From positions 13,426,948 to 13,490,947 of the forward strand of contig NC_092673.1 in the NCBI RefSeq assembly GCF_964355755.1: a stretch of DNA of 64,000 bases, given 5' to 3'. The notes beneath the pieces were generated by a model. It had not been told where the DNA came from, made no database searches, and worked only from the letters and a program-made list of their open reading frames with translations. The number at the start of each line of letters is the position of its first letter. The stretch's first letter is position 1. Shown here piece by piece: positions 26,945 to 40,470 of the stretch. The position numbers and the translations under genes are program-made. This DNA comes from Antedon mediterranea (lineage: Eukaryota > Animalia > Echinodermata).

Positions 26945-29900
26945 CTTTCAAATCTGATTTTCTTTGCACAGTTTCCTGTATTATTGTCAATACCTGCTGC
27001 TGTTGCCCATAGGTTTGTGCCATCTGCATCTAGAAAATAGTTAATTCTTGCAAATTTTGTTATTCCTTGTTCGAGATATTGAACAACGTTGGCGATTCGT
27101 TTTTTTAGTCTATGGCAATCTGCTGAATACAGAGACTTGCAATTTAAATACGTGGTTGCCATTGCAGTGTCGGTAGATTCGTCATGGACACGTTTCATTC
27201 CAAAATGATCTAGATTTAAAAGAAATGAAATATAATAACAGTAGAATAGCTGATTGTAATACCATTGTTATATGATGATTGCAATTTAGAAGGTAATGAG
27301 TAGATTGCTTTAATTCAATTTTGTATGGGTTGGAATAATATGTATGTTTCTCCACTATCTTACCTGCTCTCGAATGCAAAACAACCAAATGCCCAAAAAG
27401 GGACTGCATTCCTTACACAGTCAACAAGATGTGCGCATATGTTACGCAAATTTATAGTGCAAATTTCTTGGCCTTTAAGAAAACAAAATTGCAAATGAAC
27501 AAAATATGCTTGAACAAAGTGATTGTTACAATCATTAAGTATGTTATTAAAAATAGACATTTTCCACTGCTAAATATTCTTACTCGAGCAAACAAGCTCA
27601 AATCACTTTGGATAACTGAAGGTATAGCCAAGTCAATCAAAACTAGGCAAAAGCTGTATGCTAGATATATTCCTCGTCATCACCTTCACATTGGAAAAAA
27701 TATTTGTATTTGGTAAATGTAAAAAAAAAAAATTTGTTCCCAACTAAAATAATAAATGGTCAATGTGAATATACAAAATAAATGACAAAGAAAAAGCCGA
27801 ATCTTTTATTTCATTTTTCTAAAATATTGCAAATTCTTTTTTGGAATACTCCATTCAACCTCACAATGATTTCCTTTAGGGTAATTTTCCTTCATCATTA
27901 TTTTTTAAACCTGTATGTGAACAAGAATTTTGTCTTACAGTAAATACATACATACACATTTTACAATTCTAGATGAACACAACTCTAGCCTCATCACTGT
28001 GGTTATGACTCTTTGTCTATTTGGATCATCAAAGAGCATGTGAACCTCTGTAGCGAGAGTGGTGCAGGATTGGCCTTTGCTTTTCCCTGTGTTTGAGGCA
28101 TACAGATTTTTTGGCTATTTTGTTGCTATGACCATGCTATGTTTTTTGTGGTTGAGGAAGGTTTTTTGTTGAACTTGTGAACATGTTTTCGTTTGCTGTT
28201 ATTGTTAGCCCAACAACATTGTGCCGATATTGTGTCCGTATACATTGGCGACATCATAGCAAACTTGTGTCGTACACATAGTTTAACCGCCTCTATGGCG
28301 CACTGCATAGAGTATGCTGTGACTGTAGTTTCTTTTGCTTGTGATTTCTGTAAAACCGAAGGTTGACTGGGCATTGGCGTGGAGTTGTCCTGTGGCAATT
28401 GTTTACCGCATTAAATATGGCCTGGAACACTAAACAAATTAGGGATTGGTATTTTCGTTGAATGGTTATGGACCATTTATTTATTTAGCCTTTCACAATT
28501 GATCAAAAGTGGGTGCATCAATTGAAATAGCATTTTATGTTATTCATTTTATGTTATTAGAATCCACTTAGTTTTAAAATTTGTAACGGTTTAAAAATGA
28601 ACCAAATTATTGCAGTAGGTTCATATATATTAATGTGCCCCAGTATGCAACCTTGAAATTACTTAATTACTTAATTACTTATTTAACAACAGGAGTTGTA
28701 TCTCTTTCGTAAAAGCTCATCGCCTTTGAAATAGAGCGCATCTCAGTTTTACGTGCCCAAGATTCTTAAAATTTTTATTAATGTAATTATTTAGATACTT
28801 ATCTTCAAAAATAGTTTTCTTTATATGTCAATTTGATGACGTTACCATGTTAGAAATTTGATTTAAAAGATGGGTCTCGTAATTTCATTTATGCTACGCT
28901 GTATATAACATATACAGTGTGTTCTGTAAATACTGTAATATGCTGTCAGCACTGTAAACATATTTAATTCATGTCATACTCATAGGATGGCATAATAATT
29001 GCCGGCGTTCATATTTTAACGACATATGTGCATGTTGCGTTTGCGCGGGTAACCCAAACTCGTCAAAGAATCTAGTTTAAAATGTTAAATTTCTTTTTCT
29101 CTTGTTTTGTTCAATAATCAATAAACAAACTTACCATAGTAGGTCTTGTAAAGCTGGTAGAATGTACGAAATAACGTCTTTGCAGATTTTAGTTCATTCG
29201 GTGTTATTTCCTCCCGCAAACAAATATGCAATGCGGTGGCGAACATTGCAAAATGTGTGTAGTAATTGTCAGGTAGTATTCCTTTGAATACTACACAACC
29301 ATAATACAAGCACAATGAACGGAAATACAAACTCAAAAATAAATTGTAAAATGGAAAATATACGCCAACTGCAAAAGTACTCCATGCACATACAGGCCAA
29401 GCGGTGGCGTAAAAAAAAATTACCAAAATGCATTCGTGAAGCTTTGTAATTCTGTTGTATAAACGGGCGTGATAAGGCAGGCTTTATTTGTAAACAACCC
29501 AACAAAAGTGAAAGAGGGCTTTGCCGATTCTTACAAAGGGAGGATACCGCCGCCTCGGCGCCTCGTATGTAGCATGACCCAGAGATTGACGCCCGTGAGT
29601 TGGGCCAACTTCTAATCAAAATATAATGTTAATATTTTTGTACCGTATTTTTTTAGACGGTTTACTATAATATTGAATATTGGTTACTAACAAAAAGAGA
29701 TAAATATTTTCTACAATTAGTAGGCCTGATGCGCCTGACTAAACCCGACTGACCACACACGCCCTGATAGCTTCTAATAACGTCTTAAGTCATGAAAAAT
29801 AAAGATTTATAAAATCATCCTTTTTACAGGCCATTTTTAATATTCACTTTAATTGAATTACAGTTTCTTCAAGTACTGTAAATAAAATAACCATGCAGAT

Positions 29901-32900
29901 AATCTACGTGCACATGTGTTGATGGGTCTACACCGTGACTAAACGAAAGGACCGATGGACCTTTGATCCCTTTAACCTGTAAACACAGAAAACATGGTTT
30001 TATTTCTAAAATTCTAAATTTTAATTTGTCTGACCAGGGAAGAGAGGAATAATTTCACTCTTTCCTGGTCTGACGAATACCATATAATAATAAATAGCGC
30101 TGAATTGTGTAGGCCACTGTATATATTATAATTATATACATAAATACAGTGTAGCATATGTGAAATGGGACCCACCAAGCTTAACAAATTGGGGTCATCA
30201 TTCAAGAATTGCATTAAATTGCCGATTGGAGAACGCGTATACTGTATATATATAGTTTGGCTTCCAGACGGAGCTTTGACTTAATATTAGTAAAAAGATA
30301 AATATTTTGGCTGGCACATATGGTGTTTCACTTATGATCGGTCAGAAAAACATCGACAAGCCTCGAAATAACTACAGAGACTTGGGGCAAGTCTAATTGT
30401 TATTGTTATTTATATCTAACAAAATTGTACATTCATGACGTCACGCTGAAAAGCTTACTATGGATGGCCAGTTTTTATTATGTTATGTGAGAGATATTTT
30501 AAACATTTGAAAATTAGTGATATTGATGACCTTTTAGATAGATAAATACATAGATAAAAGGATTTATACATTAAAAAATAGGTGAACTTTTAAGATAAAC
30601 TGAACTACAATTAACTTACTGGTTCCTTGTTGTTTCCAGTTAATGCCTCTTTGGCCTGCTCTTCCATTCGCTCTTTAGAGCGTTTCATCGGCGGTTCTGA
30701 TTCACGCACATATGCCGTTACGTGCCCCTTTCCCTTTTTAACCACTTGCCCCTCCGCTTCACATCGACCACACCCATACTTCCCATTGAGTTGTGCCATG
30801 TTTTTGACCATGCTCATGGCTGGCAAATCCATTGTTGTGCTGCCAACAATTTAATGCGAATGGGTTGATTTGTCACCAGCACGCCTACAATACAAGATAT
30901 AGAATTTACAAAGATAATTTACCTATACATTACATTCATACTGTAGTTCATAGCGATATATTATAGACCTTCAAAATTGTAAGACATTTATAATACACAT
31001 AAATTCCATTACAATTTGTTTTATGTAGCCTATCCAACAATCTGGGCAATTTCCGGTTTCACACAAAAAATGGTCTATTTTAGGGTTTTTATGTATCTGT
31101 AGTGTGTATCACCATATAAGTATGTACAGCATTAGAAAACCAATAATCACCAATATATGAATTTTTTTTGTAAATATATCGACGTACCTTTTTCATATAC
31201 ATGGTTAAACGTTGGTATGAGTGTGGACATCAGTGAGCTGACAAGGGGCTTTCCCTTACCGCACCACAAACCAAATATGATTACCCTTTCCTTGCAAAAC
31301 CTGTTGAAATTTAATAACAACTAGTTAATAAAGCTTTCAAAATTATATCTACATAAATAATATATATTGATGAAATCGTTTTGATTTAGCTGTTATTACT
31401 GTTGAAATTTTTCGGTATAGATATTTCTCATACGACCCTCTGTTCAATGGTTATTTTTAAAAACAACATTATGTCCAAAATTCCCATTGCTCACATGCCT
31501 GTTACTACAACAATTTGCCACGTGACAATTAGTATTAACGAATCGTCAAATAATCAGTTTATATCATTCCCCAGGTTATTAACATTGTGATCATGGCTAA
31601 CTTGCATTGCTGTCTTGCTGCTTCATTTAATTCTTTGAATGTAAAGATATAAAAAGTTTAATACTTGCTGAAACCTTACTCTAGTGTTCATCATATCAAT
31701 TATGACTATTATTCACTTTAATTTATTACGCTTTATACTGTATTTTTTTTTATTGAATTTGTTTCAAATCAATTTCAAATCCAGTTCAGGTAGTACCCCT
31801 CCTCTGTGACAAACATTATCAGGGACATCCATTTTAAGGGGACATTTTCTTGTAAGTCTGTTTTTAATGGTTAACTAAAATACACCATTTGACAATGTGA
31901 TGTTATCAGTATAGGCCGATGTAGATAATTGTGCTTAAACTTCACCAAAAACATGTGCGAAATTATGTTTCTATAACTTAATTTTATTTTCAATATTGTA
32001 GTTTAAAAAAAAATTAACATTTCTGTGTCGTTTGCTATTTCCATATTAAAGAAATTGGCGGCATGTGCGAAACAGAAAATAAATTGAAATACGACATTTT
32101 GTATGCCTATCGTTCATTAACGTTATTTTTTCCCCCGACTTATGTATTGAGCCTAATACACTTTTATTGAAAACTAATAATACATTAAAATATTATGCTT
32201 GTTTGGGACGTTTCGAACTGGAAAAAATGTGAGCAGAACCCCCGTTTATTGTTTATTAAAAACAGAATTGCTGTGAATTTAGGCCTGGGGTAGATCTTTC
32301 GCACCAAGCTAGTTCGTTGGACTGGTTCTGGCTACCAAATTCGGTCCAGCCGTATTATCGATAGATTTACGTATCATAAATAAAAGCATCAAATGATCGG
32401 CGGCTTAACTCTTAAAGCTTCCCCCACGAAATTTAATTAGCCTATGTACTGTATAAGTTAATTTATATAAAATCAAATTTGTAATGTACTATGTAATGTA
32501 ATTAAACAAATTGAAAATGTGGATTTGTACATACCGCATCTTAGGGGGGAGCTCATTAATATATCCTTGGATTGGCCAAATCGACACTCTGGAGCTATCC
32601 CAGACTTGTTCCCCATCGATATGCCAAACCATTGTAAGGTTATTGATATTGGTGCAATAGCCACCAGGTTTCAATAGTTCCTTATACATACTTCCATCAT
32701 CATCATTTTTAACACCTCTACAACTTTAGGATCTGCAAAAAGAAAATTATAATCACTTTGAAAGTATGGATTAATTGGCCGGAAATCAAGTATATCAAAT
32801 CAAATATATTCCTTAAATATTTAACTTAAAAACTAGTCTACACCCTATATTTATATTGAATATTTTAATTCAAATTGCACAAGGAAATCCTAGCTCTATT

Positions 32901-33340
32901 ACAAATTGCGCATACCGTTGAAATTGCGCATTATCCAATCACATAAGAATACGTATATACCTAAAGAGTGCCCTGTGTTTCTTTACTAACTCCTATATAT
33001 GTCATTATCACACAAAAGATTGATAAACCTAATTTCAACTTATGTCGTGGCACGTAGTGACTAAATATGGAATTTAATTATCTTGACTTTCCCTTTCAAC
33101 GTCGAAATTTTTTTTAAAGAAGTACAAGGATTGCAAGTGTTTTACCAACCGTGCGTGTTGTTTGGGCATATGTTGACGAATAATATTTAATAAAAAAATC
33201 ATATCGGCATCCATTGCATTACACTGGATCCTATATCCAAGTAGCATTGTAACGCTCTCAAGAGCTGAAATTTGCGAACCTGGATACAATATTGGTAATT
33301 TATAATACTTACCAGAAAGATTGCTGGAAATGTTATGCAT
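26945..33340 (-). mobile_element. CACTA/EnSpm transposase pseudogene, about 8 exons
   Basis: Motifs in the expected order: LLNIIRQHMP (~33170); WHIDG..WDSSRVSIWPIQGYINELPPKMR (~32535-32630); IFGLWCGKGKP (~31250-31280); DLPA..VKNMAQLNGKYGCGRC (~30765-30830); GIKGPS (~29960); YKAS (~29440); HLVDCV..PFWAFGCFAFES (~27370-27435). Confidence 0.85.
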
Positions 33341-34189
33341 TGACCCACTTGCTTAGATTCTAAGTGCTGTGCACACTTGCAGACATCGCAGCACAAATGT
33401 TTTACCACACTGCTTGGTTCACATTCAAAAAGCTCATAAGCATTTTCCTTCTACATTCATGACCTGAAATGTATTCTTTCATTAATTCAGAAGTTCTACG
33501 TGTACTGTGGCTATATTTGAGTAGAATTGCAAAACTCTGTTTAGATGAATCACATGTGGCGTCATATACTTCAACACCTAAAGTCATCATGAACATTTTG
33601 TACAGATCTCTACAGTGACTCCTCCTCCTACAAATCACTATTGTTCTGGATGATTCTATTTTTTTTATTTTCAATTATTACAAAAATATGCTAAAAGCAT
33701 TGGCAATAGAGATCGTAATTCACCAATCATGTAATTCTTGGTGTTATGCTTCACATTTATTTCCCAATACACCTCCTGCCAGCATCCGTGAAGAAACGAC
33801 AAGAAACAAAAAGCAAAGGACAAAAAGCCCAAGGTAATATTTTAATACAATACTAATCAATGGGAAGAATCAACTGTACCTATTAGACTTGTCCAGATAG
33901 TCATATTTTCACTCTAATAAGATGCTGAAGGCATTTCGTGTTAAAAGCGAAAAAACATGTGTTTTAGGGTAATTTTGGGGTGCTGAATTCAAATCTGCTG
34001 TTTACCCGGCTCAATTTTTTCCAAGCATGCCAAAAAAAAACCCAAACCGAAGTAAGGGGATACGCCCTCGTTGCCCAGTTGTGGCTCGGTCATCCCGGAC
34101 TCGGGCGCCTCCTGGCCTACTTAAACTAGATCTAAAACAAACTACAGTAGGTGGCATGGAAAAGGAGAAAAAGGGGATTAATATATTAT

Positions 34190-34440
34190 ATATCTTATGC
34201 AGCTCCTATGCTTTGGAATTCTCTTCCAAACTGCATTAATTGTTTAATAAAGATAATGCACGGTGACCATAAGAGATGGTCTTCACTTTAGCAGGAGACA
34301 ATTCTGAGAATTGGAACGAAGACTGCGACAAGAGGATTTTGGAGTGAAAACATGAAGAGATTTATATGTGAACAGCAATATCTTGAAGTTGACACGCTCC
34401 TTCACAGGAAGCCAGTGCAGTTCATGCATAGGTATTAAGG
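34190..34440 (-). mobile_element. L2 LINE 3' coding fragment with small inversion
   Basis: LHWLPVKERVNFKILLFTYK..RSLRS..KTISYGHRA on the minus strand; the continuation SYAAPMLWNSLP lies on the plus strand at ~34193-34230. Confidence 0.7.
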
Positions 34441-34619
34441 GTCTTTTACACCTGTTATTATTATTATACTGTATAATGCCATTGTTGAATAAATAAATGT
34501 TTTTTGAACTTGAACTTGTTCCGGCACGGTTCCGGTCCGGCGAATCGAACGCCAATGTTTCGTTTTCACGACGCTCCATGCGGCCAAGCACCAATCGATA
34601 TGTGCGTACCCACATAATC

Positions 34620-36730
34620 ACCTGGCAACACTTGTGTACATGGTTGCCTACAAAGGCCTTCCCATGATAGGCTTGACGAGGAACCTTGTTTTGTTGGAGA
34701 ACTTCCTCCATTGCACAAACAATTGGCCCAGTGCCGTATTTCAAACCTTTGTCAAACTACTTTTGAATAATTAATTATGCATTCAGAATACAGTATATGT
34801 ATGTGTAATACTATTTGTACTTAACATACCATATCTTTGATTTCTTGTTGCTTTTCAGCAATACTCATAATTTGTGTCTTTACAGAATCAGATGCGGATG
34901 CTTCTGATTTGCAGTTTAAAATACAAGCGGAATTTCATCTTCTAGGTGGGAAATTTGTGCTTGCATATCTGAGATGTGCTTCATCAATGCTGAATTTGTT
35001 GCAGCCTGCTCTACAATAATTTTGTCGAAATTGTTGACACCTCCATCCTCCAGGTCATATAATTTCTTAAAGACTCCCAAAGAAATATGGAGGCTTGGTA
35101 CAGATACCTGCAATAATAACACATTTTCAAATGTAACCTCAAGATTTTATATTAGTACTATTACTTTATTATTTTAGTACTTGTACAAGTGTCGGACTGT
35201 ATTATGATACAAATTGGTGAGCAGCATCATCATGGCGTTGTGGTAGAAAGGATGCACATTGGACAAATGATGCACTTCTACCGGGGGTCATATGGTAAGT
35301 CACACAATTGATAAGTGCATAACTATGAAAACAATATTTAACCAAAATATATATATTTCCTACATGGTCGATGTCAATAGGCACCATTGTTTTTCTGATT
35401 ACACTCCTGGATACCTCCTTGTTGTTTACCATTCCATGATCTTCAAATAATTGATAGTCTTCATTCAATGTCTTTATAGACCTGTGGTCTTTTGGAACAT
35501 CACCTCTGCATATCTGATGTTTGGTATGATGGCAAAAGAGACAGCAGTACCTTCCTAATGAAAGATTTGAAATAACAATTAAGGTTTGTATACAATAAAT
35601 TATAATTCACATTAAATGCATATTAAATAAGATACTGTATCTTACCATTTGGTCCATTGAGGCCATACATCCGTGACAAAAACTCGTAATGTTGAAGACA
35701 TACCTCCATTCAGTTTCATGACCTCTTCGCATACATCCGGAAATACCCTGCTGATGTTGATGGTATAATCTGGTGCCTCAAACATTAGAATAACAATAAT
35801 GTTGCGAAGGGCATTTGGTTTCTCTAGACTGCAAATTTGCAGTTCAAATTTCGTACTGCCGCCTCCTTTGTCACCTCCAAATTTGATCCATACTTCGTTG
35901 TTGTAGAACTTTAGATTGTTTAATCTGTAAGTGAAATATACAATATTGTATTTTTATTTTATTGTTTGCATAAATTTGGAGTTACAAAATGTAAAATAAG
36001 CATGTTATTTACTCATGATGGTGGTCCAAGTAGGAAAACATCAACCTCTCAATATTAATCACCCGCAAAACAGGGGCAGAAAATATTACAAATCCATACT
36101 CGGCATTTGCTGCATCGCTTTATAAGATGAATTCTTCCATGGAACCCTGTAAGTATATTGTTTTATATTTACAAGATTTATTGTCAAAGTTTAATACCGT
36201 ATTTATTCGTGTTCAGGGAATGTGTTTTAATACAATATTGTGTGGTGGTTAGTTTATTCCAATAAATTTGATTTGCCCATTATTCAATAAAATCTCTGTA
36301 CTTTGGTACAGTGGTTTTGTGAAAAATGTTGGCTTTCTAAAAAAAATAACTCACTTAATTGCATTGGTTACAGCATTATACCGTTGCTCAGCCTCTGTTG
36401 TGCATTTATGCTGACTGCACTCGTTATACTTCAGACATAAAGGGTGAATTGCTCAGTTAATGAATTGAATTTTAAATCTTGCATGAAAGTTGTTTTATTG
36501 AATTTTATCCTGTGACCTTGTTTCTGTTGATTTTCATAAAGATAACAAGCTGTGCACGGTAAATCATCGTGTTGTCTCCAGATGTAAGGTGTAATTAATG
36601 TCGTTTGTTTGTATGCAGCTGATTGACAAGTATGACAAACATATGATGGATGAACATTTTTATCTAGAAATTTTGAATTTTATTCCACAAATCTACAAAT
36701 ATTTAATAAAGATTCAGAATGGAAATCCAT
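34620..36730 (-). mobile_element. RAG1-N-like (Chapaev/N-RAG-TP-type) transposase relic A, multi-exon
   Basis: MDFHSESLLNICR.CG..VHPSYVCHTC..WRQHDDLPCTAC; WIKFGGDKGGGSTKFELQIC; YCCLFC; VSVPSLHISLGVFKK; YHGKAFVGNHVHK. Confidence 0.75.
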
Positions 36731-37168
36731 AATTAGTATTATTTGTAGGCCCTAGGCCTAATTAATTATGTAATTTTTGTAATCAGCAATTTATTTACAC
36801 AACACAAATAATACACTGAACAGTCAGTTTTCGGTGAAGTGACTACATAAAATAGTGATCAAACTTCAACTTACAGGTAAGTCTCGTTTAATCTTCCTAT
36901 TTTATTTCATTTACGTTCGCTGTAAACTGAGATGTTTAAAGCCAACTCTGGAAACATGTTTGAACTGTAAACCAAATAATTGACGGAAATGTTAGTTTCA
37001 ATAAAACAACTTTAATAATAAAGCATTTATTTTGCTTATAATCAATAGTCCAACGTTTTAGGATTCTCACCCTAAAAACATCAATTAGAAAACTAAACAA
37101 CAATATTAAACTGGTTCAAAATGCAAACAGGGGCTATTTGTAGTAGCCAACAACAAACACAACCAATA

Positions 37169-38145
37169 TTAATGAGTTGATGAATCAACTTTTCTCAACA
37201 GTGCCTGTTGAAATGACGGATTTTCTACAAATTTTATAGGCTTATTATAATATCTGTTTAGTGTATGTTCGTTTCTCCACCCAGCTGTTTTCATTATTAA
37301 GTCAACCGGGACATTCCTTAATTTTGCTGATGAAGATGCAGCCGCTCGGACCGAATGGGCTTTAAATTTTGTTGTATCTACTCCTGCTTCTGATAAACCT
37401 GTCCTTATCCATCGAGCAATTGTGTCTTTTGATGCCTCGGCATACGGTTTCTTATGACATATAAAAAATCTGTCCTTATTTTCCCTTAAATTACTAGTTT
37501 TTTCCCTGTACTTTAGAATTGTTCTGACCGGACATAGGGCAGGGTCTTCACTTTTGTGGAAAACCACCAGTTGACCTGTATTGTTTGGTCTGCTAGTTTT
37601 TAGTAATGTACAAATGTAAAAGGTGATTGCTTCAATCTCGATATTCATATTTGAAAATTTGAAATTATATAAGGTTTGAAGCCTACTTGAGGACAATAAT
37701 GCTAATAACAATGCTACTTTTATGGTAAATTCTTTAAGCAATAATGTATCGTCGTTAATTGTTCGCCTCAGATAGTCTGTAACTAAGCGAACATCCCAAA
37801 TTTGTGCATATTTTGGAGTCGGTGGGTTAAAATTGAATAACCCTTTCATAAATCGTTTCAGTTCAATAGACTCCTTCATGTTTATATCTAAGATTTCGAG
37901 AAAGTTTACAATTGCGCTTTTCGCCGTACTGATAGTACTATAGCCTAAGCCCTCGTCCTTCAGCTTTATCAAGAAATTGAGGACGTGACCGGTGTTTAGC
38001 TGTTGCCATGTGATTCCTCTGATTTCACAAAAGTCTATAAATTTTGTTAGCTGTGAGTTATATTGCTTCCACGTTGACCGTCTCCAGGATTGCAGAATGA
38101 CGTCTGCTGCAGTATTGCTTATTCCTTTGTTGTAGAGTTCCGCCC
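37169..38145 (-). CDS. DIRS tyrosine recombinase
   Basis: Frame is open ~57 codons upstream of the listed ORF (..VILQSWRRSTWKQY..); motifs SSRLQTL, LKTSRP, LCPV, HSVRAAASS, AGW, RYY. Confidence 0.88.
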
Positions 38146-38194
38146 TGATAGCCTGCAGGCAAAAAGGTTAAGTCTGTTATAAAGGGGATGACAA

Positions 38195-38835
38195 TCATCT
38201 GAACCATGTTAAGGCATGTTTGGTATTCTTAAACCTCAGTGGTTGCCCAACCATCATTGATAGTAATTTAGGATACCAATACTGTGTTGGCCAGTTTGGG
38301 ACCACCATGATAACTATGGCATTATCTGTCAATATTTTTTGCAAACATCTACCTATAAGGCAGAACGGCGGAAAAGCATAGAGCTTGGCAGAGGACCAAT
38401 TTTGTAGAAATGCATCGATACCAATTGAATCTGGGTCCGGTTTCCATGATATATATTTCGGAAGCTGTGCATTGTGCCTAGAAGCGAATAGGTCTATATC
38501 CAGTTCGCCGAATGTTTTAGTGATTTTTATAAACAATTCTTTGTTAAGCATCCATTCTGTCTCATCTTTAAACTGACGAGACTTTGCATCAGCTATTATA
38601 TTATCTCTACCTGGGATGTATTCTGCACTTATCCAAAAATTGTTCTCAATGCACCAAGACCAGATGGCTTTTGAAATTTTATTGCACGCAATTGATTTTG
38701 CGCCGCCCATGTTGTTTATGTAAGCTACTGCCGTGGTATTATCAACCTTCAACCTTATGTGCTTAGCTTTTCTCTCACGGGACAATGCTTTAAGGCCGAA
38801 AAAAGCAGCCAGCAATTCTAAGTAATTAATATTTA
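38195..38835 (-). CDS. DIRS RNase H plus Dam-like methyltransferase domain (partial)
   Basis: ELLAA, DNTTAVAYINNMGG, YIPGRDNIIADAKSR, DLFAS, LYAFPPF, VPNWPTQYWYP. Confidence 0.88.
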
Positions 38836-39229
38836 GTGCCCCTGTAGCATACAGAAAATTTTGTCAAAAAATGGTCGCTACTGCAGTTTCTGGCAGTTTG
38901 ACCATACTGACCATATTGATTCTCATACTATAGTTATGGTTGAAATGTTATTGCTACAAAATGTCACCCATATGTAGATGTCATGAATATATTTTAAATG
39001 CTTTATTCGTCTTTAACTCGCGTTACATACGCGAATTAGTGCTTTGTTGAAATCACGTCATTGTTTTTGTTATTTTATTATTTTTGTTCATAAAAGTATA
39101 ACTTTTATGTAATTTAGGAAATGTATAGACTTTATGATACTGTGAAAATGAAATGTTCAGGTCATATACATTTCGCATGAAAATGCCCAATTGGCAAACA
39201 CTGTCATTCACTATTACTTAATAATTATT

Positions 39230-39542
39230 AATGACAACGATCCCCAATTATTGTCCGAAAATATTGAATCTTGTGCCTATGAATATATCGATAGTCTTAA
39301 CAACAAATATTCAACACAAGATTATTCATTTAGTATCTTTCACTTAAACGCACGCAGTCTTGTTAAACATTTTAACGATATCAATGTATGCGTAGGTGCT
39401 ATTAACCATGAATTCTCAGCACTATGCTGCACCGAAACTTTTTTTAATCATAATACGCCTTTTTCCTTTTATAATATTCCCAATTATAACCTCTTGCATG
39501 TTTCACGAGCTGATAGACCAGGAGGAGGCATTGCCATTTACC
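39230..39542 (+). mobile_element. CR1/L2 APE endonuclease fragment
   Basis: FSIFHLNARSL..CCTETF..SRADRPGGGIAIY. Confidence 0.85.
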
Positions 39543-39649
39543 TAGCAACACCGGGGTTTATAAAATAAAATTGTAAATGTCGCCCTCTATTTTGTTTGTT
39601 TACATAGCGACGATTTTGAAATAAAACTAAAGCAATGAGTGATCGTGTG

Positions 39650-39845
39650 AGGATGACCTTTTGACCCGAAACACTCCGGAGTTTGATGTTGGTACCTTTC
39701 ACACCAAAACACCGGGGTGTCCCCGCAGTTCGCTCTCCGGAGTTTTAAACTCCGGAGTTGCTTGATTTTACCTTTCACACCAAACAGCGGGACGTCAACT
39801 CCGGGGTGTCTCCGGAGTTTTGCTTTTGGTGTGAAAGGGGTATTA
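39650..39845. repeat. Palindromic MITE-like remnant
   Basis: CCTTTCACACCAAA twice and its inverse TTTGGTGTGAAAGG once; several ACTCCGGAGT palindromes. Confidence 0.55.
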
Positions 39846-40098
39846 GAAAGTCACACTGTCTGCAATGTCTTCATGTTTATCAATATGTGTACTTACAACT
39901 AGGTGATGTTTTGTAAACCACAAGAATAATATTAATGTTCCTGGCCAAAGTGTTATGAAAGAGAAATGTTAAAATAAAACAATACAAATATTACGATTAC
40001 TATTTTCTAATGTATCTTTTGTTTCATTACAGAATTCAATGTCTACAGTAAATAATCTCAACGTGTTCATTACGAAAATGGGCTGTGAGACAGCAGTA

Positions 40099-40470
40099 CT
40101 ATGAGAATTTACTTTGAAGTGTGGCTTTTGCCGAGTGATAGCCATGCTTGGTGGTGAATGCAGCCTTTGATGGTCTTCCAACAGTCAAACGCCTCCTCCC
40201 ACCCAGTGGCATCTTACGCCTAGCAACAGATGTGGGCTGCACTCCAATTTTGCTAGATGTTTGAAGTCCCCTTGCCTTGACCTTACACCTCGATGCTAAT
40301 GATGCCCCACTGTACTTACCAAAAATATGCAGAGCACTGACAAGGTGACTGTGTGTAGTGAGCTTGTTATAGTTTGAGACGAAATGCTTGACTGCCTTCT
40401 CAAACTCATGATCCCCGTTTCTCAGCTCTTGTCGGATTGAATTAAATGTACACTCTAACTGTTCTTCAAC
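40099..40470 (-). pseudogene. Basic C-terminal exon of a transposase-like (possibly MULE/SWIM-type) protein
   Basis: IGVQPTSVARRK...GRP motif after a splice acceptor; family call is weak. Confidence 0.3.

Larger units (their letters stand above)
36830..38840 (-). mobile_element. DIRS1-type tyrosine-recombinase retrotransposon, 3' half
   Basis: RNase H and methyltransferase-like ORF overlapping a YR ORF, followed by a putative terminal region (TAAACGAGACTTACC on the minus strand, ~36890). Confidence 0.9.

Noticed and set aside
34259-34265. CACGGTG heptamer as terminus of RAG1-like relic A
   Set aside because: It lies within L2 coding sequence (YGHRA on the minus strand), so it is coincidental.
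39199-39205. GACAGTG (minus strand) as upstream terminus of relic A
   Set aside because: Lacks the invariant first C and a nonamer, and is separated from the relic by the DIRS insertion.
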